A stretch of 64,000 bases of DNA from Gemmatimonadota bacterium (lineage in GTDB: Bacteria; Gemmatimonadota; Gemmatimonadetes; Longimicrobiales; Gaopeijiaceae): NCBI GenBank assembly GCA_039589315.1, contig JBDHHQ010000004.1:32001-96000 (forward strand), in the 5' to 3' direction. Within the stretch, counting starts at the first letter, position 1. Each line of letters begins with the position of its first letter. Below, piece by piece: positions 1 to 9,705 of this stretch. The notes beneath the pieces are model-generated. The model saw only the letters and a program-made list of their open reading frames with translations. It ran no database searches and was not told where the DNA came from. A program made the translations under genes and the position numbers.

Positions 1-1491
1 CACCGTCGCGACGGCCACCTCGACGCCAACCAACAGTCGCGTCCCGCGCACGCCGCGATGGACACGCCTCGACCCCTCCGGACGGGCGCTCTGGAGCGCC
101 GACACCAGGCCGGGCGCCGTGAGGAGGAGCCCACCCAACACCGCACTCGCCAACGCCACCGTCGTAACAGCCGGATCGAGCACGCCCTCGAGGACGGGCA
201 CCCTCGATGCGGAGTCGGGGATGGGGATCCAGGCGGGGACCATCTCGGCAACGCGCTCGAGCAGGAAGGGAGTGGCCAGGAGACCGAGCAACGCGCCTGC
301 CGCGGCCAGCCCGGCGGTCTCGAGGGACAGCACCCGAGCGACCCGGGCCCAACCGGCGCCCATGGCTATACGGAGCGCGAGCTCGTCGGTACGGGCGACG
401 GTCCGAATCCGGAACAGGGTGGCCAGGTTCACGAGAGCGACGAGGAGCACCAGAGAGACCGTGGCCGCGAGCGCCCAGATCACCGGGCGGACCGCCTCGA
501 CCGTGACCTCGTGCAGCGGCTCCACCAGGAAGCTCCAGCCTTCGAAACGGGGATAGCGGTCGGTGAAGCGCCGCGCCGCGCCGGCCAGCTCGGTCGAGGC
601 GTCGGCGACCGTTCTGCCCGGCGCCAACTTGCCCACCACGTTGAAGTGAATCCTCCCGGGTTCGTCCGCTGCGAGCACGTCGTCGCGAAGCGGCACGAAG
701 AGCGGCGCCGGAGCCACGAACTCGAAGCCCTCCGGGAGCACGCCGATGATGGTGGCGGGCTCGCCCTCGATGGGCAGGATCGACCCGATGACGTCGGGAT
801 CCGACTCGAGGCGGTCACGCCAGAAACCGTGCGTCACGATCACGGTCTCGGGCGCGGACGACGTGCGATCCTCCTCCCCGAAGAGACGGCCCATCAAGGG
901 GGTGACGCCGAGCACGCGGAGGAAATCCACCGTGCCCTCGATGGCGTCCAGCACCTCCGGCCGGCCGTCCACCGAGAGGTAGGCGCCATCGTGATGAAAC
1001 GCGGCGATCCGCTCGAAGGCGGCGCTCCCATCCTGGATCTCGATGTAGGCGGGTCCCGAGATCACGTCCCTGAGCTGACCATCCTCGACGTTGCTCCCCC
1101 AAACCACCATCACCCGATCCGGGTCCGACCATGGCGGCGCCTTCAACAGCGTTCCCCGAACGAAGCTGAAGACCGTCGCGTTGGCCGCGACGGCGCAGGC
1201 CAGCACGATCACCGCAGTCGCGGCGTAGCCCCGACTTCTCGAGAGCGACCTGGCCACGAAACGTACATCGAGCATCCATCCCCGGCCCATCCCCATCGTC
1301 ATCCTCCGGATTCGATCCATCCACACCCCCACTGCCCCGGCCGCCAGATCCGCGGTCACCACCGCGCTCGCCCACGGGGTTCTTCCCGCCCTCTCCCACC
1401 GGAAGCTCGCAACCGCGAGCATCTCGGCGCCGTACCGCTGTCGGTGCGACGGCGGGTACAGCCAGAGAATCGACTTCAGAACGGACTTCAC
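1..1491 (-). CDS. ABC transporter permease, ADOP/MacB-FtsX type (3'-partial, runs off window)
   Basis: Not in the ORF track because it has no stop inside the window. Manual translation from GTG 1491 (overlapping the PadR stop as GTGA) gives MKSVLKSILWLYPPSHRQRYGAEML..., then LACAVAANATVFSFVRGTLLKAPPWSDPDRV, LLVALVNLATLFRIRTVARTDELALRIAMGAG and RLLVGVEVAVATV, all typical of ADOP permeases. The adjacent PadR is the usual partner. Confidence 0.85.
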   Translation of the reverse strand, partial: MKSVLKSILWLYPPSHRQRYGAEMLAVASFRWERAGRTPWASAVVTADLAAGAVGVWMDRIRRMTMGMGRGWMLDVRFVARSLSRSRGYAATAVIVLACAVAANATVFSFVRGTLLKAPPWSDPDRVMVVWGSNVEDGQLRDVISGPAYIEIQDGSAAFERIAAFHHDGAYLSVDGRPEVLDAIEGTVDFLRVLGVTPLMGRLFGEEDRTSSAPETVIVTHGFWRDRLESDPDVIGSILPIEGEPATIIGVLPEGFEFVAPAPLFVPLRDDVLAADEPGRIHFNVVGKLAPGRTVADASTELAGAARRFTDRYPRFEGWSFLVEPLHEVTVEAVRPVIWALAATVSLVLLVALVNLATLFRIRTVARTDELALRIAMGAGWARVARVLSLETAGLAAAGALLGLLATPFLLERVAEMVPAWIPIPDSASRVPVLEGVLDPAVTTVALASAVLGGLLLTAPGLVSALQSARPEGSRRVHRGVRGTRLLVGVEVAVATV

Positions 1492-1844
1492 GCCGACTCC
1501 TCGAGCAGGTCGAGGGCGCGTGCCGCTTCGACCAGGCTCGCCTGACGGCGCGCCTCGGCCCGCAGTGCGGCCATGCCCCTGTGGGTCACCCGGTACAGCT
1601 TCCTGGGCGCGCCCAGGCCCTCCGGCTTCAGGCTCTCCTCCAGCGGCTCCACCAGACCGTCGTCGACGAGGCTAGCGATCGTGCGGTACAGGGACCCGGC
1701 GTTGAGCCGGATCCCACCTTCCGAGCGGTCTTCCAGGCGCTCCAGGAGCTCGAGACCGTAGGTAGGCTCCTCCGCCAGCAGCAGGAGGATCATGTGGTGA
1801 ACGGGCTTGAGCGGCGAGCTGTGATCGACGGAGGCCTCGGTCAT
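1488..1844 (-). CDS. PadR family transcriptional regulator
   Basis: ILLLLAEEPTYGLELLERL...LNAGSLYRTIASLVDDGLV...RKLYRVTHRG is the PadR winged-HTH pattern. AAGGAGA RBS before ATG 1844. Confidence 0.9.
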   Translation of the reverse strand: MTEASVDHSSPLKPVHHMILLLLAEEPTYGLELLERLEDRSEGGIRLNAGSLYRTIASLVDDGLVEPLEESLKPEGLGAPRKLYRVTHRGMAALRAEARRQASLVEAARALDLLEESA

Positions 1845-1860
1845 GGTTCTTCTCCTTAAT

Positions 1861-1886
1861 ATGCATTTCGCATATGCAGTATGCAT
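1861..1886. promoter_or_regulatory. Imperfect palindrome upstream of padR, putative autoregulatory operator
   Basis: ATGCATTTCGCATATGCAGTATGCAT matches its reverse complement at 20 of 26 positions. It is an AT-rich island directly upstream of the padR RBS. Confidence 0.55.
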
Positions 1887-1953
1887 AAAAGAGGAGATCG
1901 AGGCAAGCCCTGGAGGCCCGGCGACAGGCCCGGGCGTCGAGACCGATCCTCGA

Positions 1954-2133
1954 TCAGGCGCCGGTCACCACGTAGTAGAGCGGTACCGCGATCGCCAGAA
2001 GCCAGGACAGGACCGCGATCCATCTCAGCGGCCGCTGTCGGGCTCGACCGAACACACCGACGACCGACGGCTGTACCGCTATGCCTTCGAGCAGAACCAC
2101 GAGGGCCATGAGGCAGAGCGCTCCGAAGACCAC
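1954..2133 (-). CDS. Small two-TM membrane protein (59 aa)
   Basis: Manual translation MVFGALCLMALVVLLEGIAVQPSVVGVFGRARQRPLRWIAVLSWLLAIAVPLYYVVTGA has two hydrophobic segments joined by a basic loop. It fills the gap between gltS and padR. Start codon uncertain. Confidence 0.45.
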   Translation of the reverse strand: MVFGALCLMALVVLLEGIAVQPSVVGVFGRARQRPLRWIAVLSWLLAIAVPLYYVVTGA

Positions 2134-2175
2134 GTGTTGACTCTGACCAAGGCCCCACGCCGGTTCCGGACGCGT

Positions 2176-3510
2176 CTAGGCCAGCCCCTTGGCCCGCGTG
2201 GGCCAGAAGTAGGCGCCCAACGTCACGAGGAGGGTGACCAGGAACACGGGCAAGAGGCCGAACTGAAGCAACAGCAGGGGCATGGTGGCCGTCACCAGCC
2301 CGCCGCCCAGCAACGGCGACGCCACCATCGCCCGGGCGGCGAAGGCCTGCGCCGCGGGGGTGCGGTTCTCCGGGTCGACCACGCGCAACAACATGAGCCC
2401 GACGGCGGTCACCGCGGTCTGGGTCCCGTACATGACGATCCCTTGCTCGAACCAGTACGTCTTCATCATGCGCCGAGCCAAGAACGCGAACGTCGCCCAC
2501 GTCCAGACGATGCCGACCCCCATCAACAGGGCGAACGGCACCGCGTTCTGGAGGAACAGGTCCAGGCGCAGCGAGGCGATGGCCGCCACGACCAGGAGGT
2601 CCAGGGACAGCCCCATGATGCGGTGGACGCTGCCGCGGTCGAAGTAGGCCGCGGCTCCACTCCGGTCGGCGACGAGCTGCACGAGCATCCCGCCGATCAT
2701 CGCCAGGGGAAACAGCGGGAATCCGGACAGGGCGGGATGAAGCGATCGGACCGCGAGCTGCAGTACCCAACCGATGAGCACCGCTACGCTCAGGATCGCG
2801 ACATGGAAGGTGAAGGGCTCCATCACGCTGGTTCGCACGGTTCCCCGGGCGATCGAAACGCGCTCGGAACGGGGGATCAGACCGGAGCGGTCGCTCTGCG
2901 AGGCTACGCGCGAGGCCCCCGCCTCCGGTGACAGTTGGGTCGCATGGCCCCTACGGACGCCCTGGCCGATCAAGGCCATCCCCGTGATCACGCCGACGAC
3001 GATCCCGACCGTCGCGGACATCTGTCCCAGCGCACCGCCGGCCTCGAAGCCCAGGTCGTCGAAGACGCCGGTCATGGCCGCCGCCGTCCCATGCCCCCCG
3101 GCGAACCCCACCTCGATGATGCACGCGAACAGGATCGACGAGCCGAACAGCGGTGCCAACACCAGACCGGTGAGCGCGATGCCGACCAGATACTGACCCA
3201 GGGAGGTCACGACCCCGAAGCGGAAGATCGGGCCGCCGAGCAGCACCAGGTGCCGGACGCTCGGCAAGCTCGTGCCCACGAACAGCGCAGCGAACACGTA
3301 GTTGATCAGCACCCCGGGGACCGTCGACCACAGCCCGACGACGTCAGTCGGAACCCGGTCGACACCGTAGGGTCCGGCGGCCAGCCCGATGAACCCGCCG
3401 ATGAGCGAAACGGGGAGCATCAGCCGGCGAAGCAGCCGGATGCGGAGCTGTAGCAGCAACCCCAACAGGAGCAGCAACCCCAGGCCACCCAGGCCTACGA
3501 CGAACGCCAT
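2176..3510 (-). CDS. gltS: Sodium/glutamate symporter (GltS/ESS family)
   Basis: Polytopic hydrophobic protein with LPVSLIGGFIGL, IEVGFAGGHGTAAA, SATVGIVVGVITG and YGTQTAVTAVGLMLLRVVDP motifs. The substrate is assumed from the family. Confidence 0.8.
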   Translation of the reverse strand: MAFVVGLGGLGLLLLLGLLLQLRIRLLRRLMLPVSLIGGFIGLAAGPYGVDRVPTDVVGLWSTVPGVLINYVFAALFVGTSLPSVRHLVLLGGPIFRFGVVTSLGQYLVGIALTGLVLAPLFGSSILFACIIEVGFAGGHGTAAAMTGVFDDLGFEAGGALGQMSATVGIVVGVITGMALIGQGVRRGHATQLSPEAGASRVASQSDRSGLIPRSERVSIARGTVRTSVMEPFTFHVAILSVAVLIGWVLQLAVRSLHPALSGFPLFPLAMIGGMLVQLVADRSGAAAYFDRGSVHRIMGLSLDLLVVAAIASLRLDLFLQNAVPFALLMGVGIVWTWATFAFLARRMMKTYWFEQGIVMYGTQTAVTAVGLMLLRVVDPENRTPAAQAFAARAMVASPLLGGGLVTATMPLLLLQFGLLPVFLVTLLVTLGAYFWPTRAKGLA

Positions 3511-3556
3511 GCGCTCCTCAAGCCCAGGATCAACCGATCGAACGGCTGTCTGCCAC

Positions 3557-5404
3557 TCACGCGCCCAGCGAGGCCTCCACCTTCGCCTCGACGACCGACA
3601 GCACCTTGCCCGCCGCCTCCACGATGCCCCCGAGCCTGTCCCTGATCTCCGCGCAGAACGCCTCGTCCGAGATGTTGGGCAGGTTGATGCGCACGTTATA
3701 GGCCGCGGCCTTGAGTCCGGCGTGGGCCATGAGCGCGCCGCTCCCCGCGTCGCTGATCATCTCGGGCGTGGCGAGCTCCGCCATGTCCCGACACAGGCCG
3801 AGGGCCTCGAAGCACCGCTCCACCGTGGCCATGGGAACGAGGGTGGCCTCCTTGTAGCCCTCCAGGATGGCCGCGGCGCGGGCCTCCCTCTCCGCCTCGG
3901 TGTCCTTGGGCATCCGGATCCCGACGAGCACCGAGTCGAAGGCCCGCGTGTCGTCGTCCACGGCCCGGATCAGCGCGTCCTTCACGGTCTGCGCCCGGGT
4001 GGCCAAATCACAGAGTCTGTCGTAGTGCTCGTCGAACTCACCCTTCCCCACCGACAGGTTCGCCACCATCGAAGCGAGGGCGCCCCCGATGGCGCCGGCC
4101 AGGGCCGCCACGGATCCGCCGCCCGGAGCGGGTGTGTCGCGCGACACCTCGTCGACGAAGTCGAAGGTGGTGCGCAGAACCAGAGGCCCCTCCAGCGTGG
4201 GCAAGCCGAGCACGCGGGTGTCCAGATCGAAGTCGGCGACGTCCCGGAGACCCATGGACTGGACCGCGGTCTCCAGGACGTCCCGGACGGGGATCCCCGG
4301 GGACTTCATCATACGCCTCAGGTAGAACTCTCCGGACTGGCGCAGCGCCTCGTAGGGGATCAACCCCACGAGCTCCGACCCGGTGATGCCGATGCCCCGC
4401 TTCCGCGCCTCTTCCCGGGCTGCCTCCAGGACCAGATGCGGCGGGCTCACCTTGTAATTCGTCAGGTTCATGCTGATCTGGGCCCGGCTGTACTCGTCGA
4501 TGACCCAGCCGATGGCCTTCACGTCCCGGAACTGTCCGTCGGTGAAGACGGGTCCGGACGGTGCCTCGGGATCGATGCCCAGATCCTCGTAGCGGGCCCG
4601 GAGGTCTCCCCCGTGGACGCCCCGATAGTGAGCCTCCAAGTCCTCGAAGGAGTCGGCCACGAAGTCGCATGGACCGCAAGGGAACCGGCCCTCGCCTTCC
4701 CCACCTGCCTCCGGGAAGCGGACAACGTCTCCCTTGTAGTAGAGGGGTTCGGTATTCCCCGACCTCTTCCACCGCCCTCGCTCCCGGAGCACGTATGCGA
4801 TCTCGTTGGCGTAGCGGCGGTCGGTGGAGTTGAGGTTGATGTTGTAGGCGATCAGGAATTCCCGGGCTCCCACCGCCGTCACGCCCGCCTGGGCGTTCAG
4901 CGTGGTGGGGCCGAAGTCCGGCGCCCACTCCGGGTCCCTCAGCTTGTCGGCCATCCCCTCGTATTCGCCGGCCCGCACCTTGGCCAGGTTGCGGCGCTCG
5001 GGTTTCGAAGCGGCGTGTTCGTAGAGGTAGACCGGGATCCCCAGCTCCTGGCCGATGCGCTTCCCCACCCGCCCCGCCATCTCGGCGCAATCCTCCATCG
5101 ACACGCCCGCCACGGGAACGAACGGAAGCACGTCCGTCGCCCCCATCCGGGGGTGCTCCCCGCCGTGCTGGGACATGTCGATGACCCGGGCGGCCTTCTC
5201 CACACAGCGGAACGCAGCTTCCTCCACGTCCGCGGGCGGGCCCACGAAGGTCACCACGGTCCGATTCGTGTTGGCCCCGAGGTCCACGTCCAGCAACCGG
5301 ACGTTCGCGACGGCCTCGATGACGTCGGTGATCTCCTTGATGACCGCTGCATTCCGTCCCTCGGAGAAGTTGGGGACGCACTCGACGATGGGCTGCTGCG
5401 ACAT
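3557..5404 (-). CDS. ftcd: Bifunctional glutamate formimidoyltransferase / formiminotetrahydrofolate cyclodeaminase, with internal insertion
   Basis: N-terminal IVECVPNFSEGR, NRTVVTF, GEHPRMGATDVLPFVP, GAREFLIAYNINL, QISMNLTNY and GSELVGLIP. C-terminal cyclodeaminase domain with TPAPGGGSVAALAGA and AAAYNVRINL. Confidence 0.93.
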   Translation of the reverse strand: MSQQPIVECVPNFSEGRNAAVIKEITDVIEAVANVRLLDVDLGANTNRTVVTFVGPPADVEEAAFRCVEKAARVIDMSQHGGEHPRMGATDVLPFVPVAGVSMEDCAEMAGRVGKRIGQELGIPVYLYEHAASKPERRNLAKVRAGEYEGMADKLRDPEWAPDFGPTTLNAQAGVTAVGAREFLIAYNINLNSTDRRYANEIAYVLRERGRWKRSGNTEPLYYKGDVVRFPEAGGEGEGRFPCGPCDFVADSFEDLEAHYRGVHGGDLRARYEDLGIDPEAPSGPVFTDGQFRDVKAIGWVIDEYSRAQISMNLTNYKVSPPHLVLEAAREEARKRGIGITGSELVGLIPYEALRQSGEFYLRRMMKSPGIPVRDVLETAVQSMGLRDVADFDLDTRVLGLPTLEGPLVLRTTFDFVDEVSRDTPAPGGGSVAALAGAIGGALASMVANLSVGKGEFDEHYDRLCDLATRAQTVKDALIRAVDDDTRAFDSVLVGIRMPKDTEAEREARAAAILEGYKEATLVPMATVERCFEALGLCRDMAELATPEMISDAGSGALMAHAGLKAAAYNVRINLPNISDEAFCAEIRDRLGGIVEAAGKVLSVVEAKVEASLGA

Positions 5405-5602
5405 GGCAGGGACTCTGTGAGGTGGCATGGTGAGGACGATCCCTCAAACTCCCGACCCTGACATCATGCCACAAGGGAGTATCGCACCGCAGCCAGTGGC
5501 ACCGAATCGCGTTCTCATCTCGGTCACGTCCCTTCGAAACCCCGGCTCTCTGGATCCCGTATCGGGAAGTAGTCCTTCTCCGGAATCCTGCGAAGCGATC
5601 AT

Positions 5603-6931
5603 ATGTCGGTGCTCTGGTCCCGCCGGTGGCTGCCGTTGTGGCTGCTCGTCTGTGCGTCTCCCGCATTGGCGCAGGACGGTGACCGGATCTGGGGCGAGGT
5701 CTTCGCGGTCTCCGGCGAGCGCTACGAGGGGTTCATTCGCTGGGACCGGAACGAAGGGGGATGGGCCGACATCCTGCACGGATCCAAGGAGATCCCGAAG
5801 GAGAGCTACGAGGCGTGGCTCGATGCCCGGACGGCGGGCGAGCGGCCTACCCGCACGATCGATCTCATGGGGTACCGCATCTCCTGGGACGAGGAGGACC
5901 CGGACTTCCCGGCGACCGTTTCCTCGGGGATCCGCTTCGGACACCTGGCGGCCTTGACCGTCGTCGACGCGGACCGCGTCGCCCTCACGCTCCGATCGGG
6001 TGGTTGGCTGGAGCTTTCAGGAGGGTCCACGGACATCGGGACGTCAATCCGAGAGCTGGCGGTAGACGACCCCGAGCGGGGATCGATCGAGCTGGACTGG
6101 CACGACCTGGAGCGGATCGTCTTCTCCGCTGCACCCTTCGGAGCTCGAGCCGAATCCCGCCGCCTGTATGGCACGGTCGAGGATCGATCCGGCCGCCGGT
6201 TCACCGGACACGTCTCGTGGGACCTCGACGAGATCCTGGAGACGGACGTCTTGGACGGGGAGGACGAAGACGGCGAGGACCGGGGAATCGAGTTCGGCGA
6301 TATCCGCGTCATCGAACGTACGGAGGATGGGGCCCGGGTGACGCTCTCGTCCGGCGAAGGGCTGCACCTCTCGGGGACCAACGACGTGGACCGGGGACAC
6401 CGGGGGGTCCAGATCTCGGACACGGACCTGGGCATGGTGGAGGTGGAATGGGACGACTTCGTCGCGCTCCGCTTCCAGGACTCCCCACCGGGGGCCGGCT
6501 ACGACGCATATGACGGGGGTCACCGGCTCCTCGGGACCGTCGTCACCGGGTCGGGTGAGGAGATTCGGGGATGGGTGCGCTGGGACACCGACGAGCACTG
6601 GTCGTGGGAGCTCCTGAACGGGCACTCCGAGGGGGTCTCGCTCACCATCGAGCTCGGTCGGATCGCGAGCATGGAGCGGAACGACCCAGTCGGTACCGCC
6701 GTGACCCTTCTCGACGGCAGGACCTTCCGCCTCGACGACCCCGAAGACGCCGACCTGGACGTCAAGGGGATCTTCGTCGAGCCTCCGCACGACGAACCGG
6801 CCGCCACCGCCGCGCTCCGGTGGCGGTACGTCCCCTGGGCCGAGCTCAGGGGGGTTCGGTTCGAGCACCCCGCGGACGCCCGACACGGCGCGGGCGGCCA
6901 AGGTGTGGGCGAAGTGGGGCAGAGGCCGTGA
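5603..6931 (+). CDS. Secreted hypothetical protein with three internal repeats
   Basis: Sec signal (LWLLVCASPALA-Q). Repeats: IWGEVFAVSGERYEGFIRWD, LYGTVEDRSGRRFTGHVSWD and LLGTVVTGSGEEIRGWVRWD. Acidic and beta-rich. Confidence 0.75.
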   Translation: MSVLWSRRWLPLWLLVCASPALAQDGDRIWGEVFAVSGERYEGFIRWDRNEGGWADILHGSKEIPKESYEAWLDARTAGERPTRTIDLMGYRISWDEEDPDFPATVSSGIRFGHLAALTVVDADRVALTLRSGGWLELSGGSTDIGTSIRELAVDDPERGSIELDWHDLERIVFSAAPFGARAESRRLYGTVEDRSGRRFTGHVSWDLDEILETDVLDGEDEDGEDRGIEFGDIRVIERTEDGARVTLSSGEGLHLSGTNDVDRGHRGVQISDTDLGMVEVEWDDFVALRFQDSPPGAGYDAYDGGHRLLGTVVTGSGEEIRGWVRWDTDEHWSWELLNGHSEGVSLTIELGRIASMERNDPVGTAVTLLDGRTFRLDDPEDADLDVKGIFVEPPHDEPAATAALRWRYVPWAELRGVRFEHPADARHGAGGQGVGEVGQRP

Positions 6932-9237
6932 GCGGCGCTCGCCGGATCGGCTGGCGGCCGTGGGCTCCTGCGATCGCCCTGCTTTCGGGCCTGGCGGCAT
7001 GGACCGCGGTGCCCGCGGCCGCGCAGACGCCCGAGTACGGTCCCGACACCTTTGCGGACTCCCTGGCCGGTGACCTCTATGCGTCGGCGGTCGAGAACTG
7101 GAGCACGCTGGACGAGTCCATCGTCCGCTATGCGGCGCTCATCCAACAACGTATTGCCGCGGCTATCCGGACGCCCCTGAAGGACCGGACCATCTACCGA
7201 AGCGAAACGGCCGTACGCGCGTTCTGGGACAAGGACTACGATGCCGTCGTCCAGGTCCTCGGGACCCGTTCGCAATACCCCGGGCGCGACATCGCAGCGC
7301 GCGAGGGCGATCTGGACTTTCTGGACGACATGCCCTTCGACGAGCCGTTCGAGCCCGGCGGCGACCGGCTCTTCTTCGGTCTGACCGACGAGGACTCGGA
7401 CGGCTTCCAGCCCAGCGACGACGACTTCTGGATCGCCCATCCGTTGGCCGAGGGCGCGGATTCCCTCTACCAGTTCCGGAGTGGGGACACGCTGACCCTC
7501 AGCCTGCCCGACGGACGCCGCCTGCAGGCGGTTCAGCTCGACGTTCTCCCCCGGAGAGCCGATGTGCACCGCATCACGGGGTCGCTCTGGATCGAGCCCG
7601 AGTCTGGCGCCCTGGTGCGCGCGGTCTACCGGCTGAGCCGTCAGTTCGACGCGATAAGGGACATCCCGGAGCTTCAGGAAGAAGAGGACGCGGGCGAGTT
7701 CAAGTACGTGCCCGGACTCCTCAAGCCCTGGACTTTCGACCTGAACATGGTCGCCGTCGACTACGGGCTCTGGGACTTCGAGGTGTGGCTGCCGCGCTCG
7801 ATGCGGCTGGAGGGCGAGGCCGCCGCGGGGATCATGAAGTTCCCGGTCTCGATGGACATCTCGTACCGGATGGAATCGGTCACGACCTCCAACGACGTGG
7901 CCGTCGAGATGGAGCCCGCGAGCGGCCCTACGGAGGTCCACTTCGAAACCCGGGCCGAGGCCATGGCCTTCATCGCCGAGCTTCTGTCCGAAGGCGACGG
8001 CACCGCGTACGAGCGGATGGGCGACTCCGAAGCGGCGAACAGGGGCAGGCGCTCGCTTCTGATCGTGCCGGAGGAACGGAGCCAGGTGGCGACGAGCCCA
8101 CACCTGCCGCCACCCATCTGGGAAGACGCGGCCGGCTTCCCCTCGGACGAGGATCTGGAAGACTATATCGGCACCCTCGCCGATTTGCCCGCGCCCACCG
8201 TCGACGGCATTCCCTGGTCATTCAACTGGGGCTGGGCCCGGCCTGACCTGATCCGCTACAATCGCATCGAGAGTCTGGCGATCGGGGGTAAGCTCGACTT
8301 CACTCTGGGTGGGCCGTATACGCTCGAAGCCTCCGCCTTCTTCGGGTTCGCCGACCTCCAGCCGAAGGTCCGCCTGGATCTCCAGAGGTCCACCGTGCTC
8401 CGCCGCTTGACGCTCGGTGCGTATTACGAGCTCAGGGCCACGGACCCGCTCGGCAGGTACCTGGGCTTCGGCAACTCCATGTATGCGCTGTTCTTCGGCC
8501 GCGACGACGGCGAGTACTTCGGCACCACGGGCGTCGACCTCTCGTGGCGCCCGCCAGCGGGGGCCCGTGAGTCATTCGTCTTCCGTGCGTACGCCGAACG
8601 GCAAGCGAGGGTGGAGATCAACACGAACTTCGCCCTGTTCCGCGTCTTCGACGGCGGCTGGGAGTTCCGGCCCAACGTCGCTGCCGACGACGCGGACGAG
8701 ATCGGCGCGGAGTTGCGGCTGTCACCCTGGTGGGGAAGCGATCCCCAGAGCACCCAGGTCGGCCTCGAGCTGTACGGCCACGGGGCCCGGTGGGACCCCA
8801 CCGACGAAGGCGGTCCGGCGGACTACGCGCGGGCCAGCGCCATCCTGCGGCTTGCGGTCCCGCTGGCAGGTACCCGCTGGCGGGTCGGCATGGAAGCCGG
8901 CGGCGGGATGACGTGGGGCGACGCGCCCATGCAGCGGAGCTGGTTCCTGGGCGGCGCGCGCACGCTGCGCGGATACCCGGCGTCGACCCTGGCGGGGCCA
9001 GCCTTCACCCGGGGCCGACTCGAGGTCGCCCGCGTCTACGACTTCGGCGCCCTGAGCGCCTTCGGCGATGCCGGCTGGGCTGGACAGAAGAGCGAGTTCG
9101 AAGCAGCCGACCTCCTCTACGGCGTCGGCGTGGGCGGGAGCTTGCTCGACGGACTCCTGCGGGTAGACCTATCCCACGGGATCAACGGACCGACCCGGCA
9201 ATTCCGGATCGACCTGTACCTGGATGGGATACTCTAG
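6928..9237 (+). CDS. Outer-membrane beta-barrel protein, Omp85-like C-terminus
   Basis: GTG 6928 overlaps the upstream stop (GTGA). Signal peptide ...WTAVPAAA-Q. C-terminal amphipathic strands with FLGGARTLRGY (Omp85 loop-6-like) and ending FRIDLYLDGIL. Confidence 0.65.
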   Translation: MSGARRIGWRPWAPAIALLSGLAAWTAVPAAAQTPEYGPDTFADSLAGDLYASAVENWSTLDESIVRYAALIQQRIAAAIRTPLKDRTIYRSETAVRAFWDKDYDAVVQVLGTRSQYPGRDIAAREGDLDFLDDMPFDEPFEPGGDRLFFGLTDEDSDGFQPSDDDFWIAHPLAEGADSLYQFRSGDTLTLSLPDGRRLQAVQLDVLPRRADVHRITGSLWIEPESGALVRAVYRLSRQFDAIRDIPELQEEEDAGEFKYVPGLLKPWTFDLNMVAVDYGLWDFEVWLPRSMRLEGEAAAGIMKFPVSMDISYRMESVTTSNDVAVEMEPASGPTEVHFETRAEAMAFIAELLSEGDGTAYERMGDSEAANRGRRSLLIVPEERSQVATSPHLPPPIWEDAAGFPSDEDLEDYIGTLADLPAPTVDGIPWSFNWGWARPDLIRYNRIESLAIGGKLDFTLGGPYTLEASAFFGFADLQPKVRLDLQRSTVLRRLTLGAYYELRATDPLGRYLGFGNSMYALFFGRDDGEYFGTTGVDLSWRPPAGARESFVFRAYAERQARVEINTNFALFRVFDGGWEFRPNVAADDADEIGAELRLSPWWGSDPQSTQVGLELYGHGARWDPTDEGGPADYARASAILRLAVPLAGTRWRVGMEAGGGMTWGDAPMQRSWFLGGARTLRGYPASTLAGPAFTRGRLEVARVYDFGALSAFGDAGWAGQKSEFEAADLLYGVGVGGSLLDGLLRVDLSHGINGPTRQFRIDLYLDGIL

Positions 9238-9270
9238 GCCGGCACGCGATGCTCCAGGCCAGGACCCTCG

Positions 9271-9705
9271 TCAGGCCTGGGACGAAACGGTCAGCTGGAA
9301 GCCGTCCGGATCCACGAGGTTGAACGCCCGCGCGCCCCAGGGCATGTCGGCCGGCTCGGACGCGAGCGAGCCCCCCCGCTCTTTGATCCCGGCGGCGATC
9401 TCGTCCACGTCTTGAGCGGTCGCGAGGTGCAGACGAAGCCCCGTTCCCTTCACCCGCTCGCGGCCCTTGGCCCAGTCATCCTGAGAGATCATCAGGTGAG
9501 CGGTTCCGGCCACGAGCGAAACGCCCCTGAGCTGGCCTTCGTGCTCCCATTCCTGCTCGACCGTGAATCCCACGATGTCGCGGTACCAGGCGAGGCTCGC
9601 CTGCAGATCGCCCACGGTGAGTCCGGCCGAGATGCTGCGAAGCCGTAGGGTCTCGGGTTTGTCTCGAGCGCGCCGCTCTTCCTGAGTCGCCACATGAGTG
9701 CTCAT
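9271..9705 (-). CDS. VOC / glyoxalase-bleomycin resistance family protein
   Basis: LTVGDLQASLAWYRDIVGF...EPADMPWGARAFNLVDPDGFQL. GGAGGT RBS before ATG 9705. Confidence 0.88.
   Translation of the reverse strand: MSTHVATQEERRARDKPETLRLRSISAGLTVGDLQASLAWYRDIVGFTVEQEWEHEGQLRGVSLVAGTAHLMISQDDWAKGRERVKGTGLRLHLATAQDVDEIAAGIKERGGSLASEPADMPWGARAFNLVDPDGFQLTVSSQA

Noticed and set aside
1954..2178. Small membrane ORF in frame with gltS after its TAG, raising possible read-through or pyrrolysine
   Set aside because: GltS appears complete at the TAG, no pyl genes are visible, and in-frame placement has a one-in-three chance.
2176..5404. ftcd and gltS as the terminal part of the susCD/DUF917 pathway (imidazole or hydantoin to glutamate)
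   Set aside because: Chemically attractive, but they are ~17 kb away behind unrelated genes, lack the operator motif, and no ergothionase, urocanase or histidase gene is in the window.
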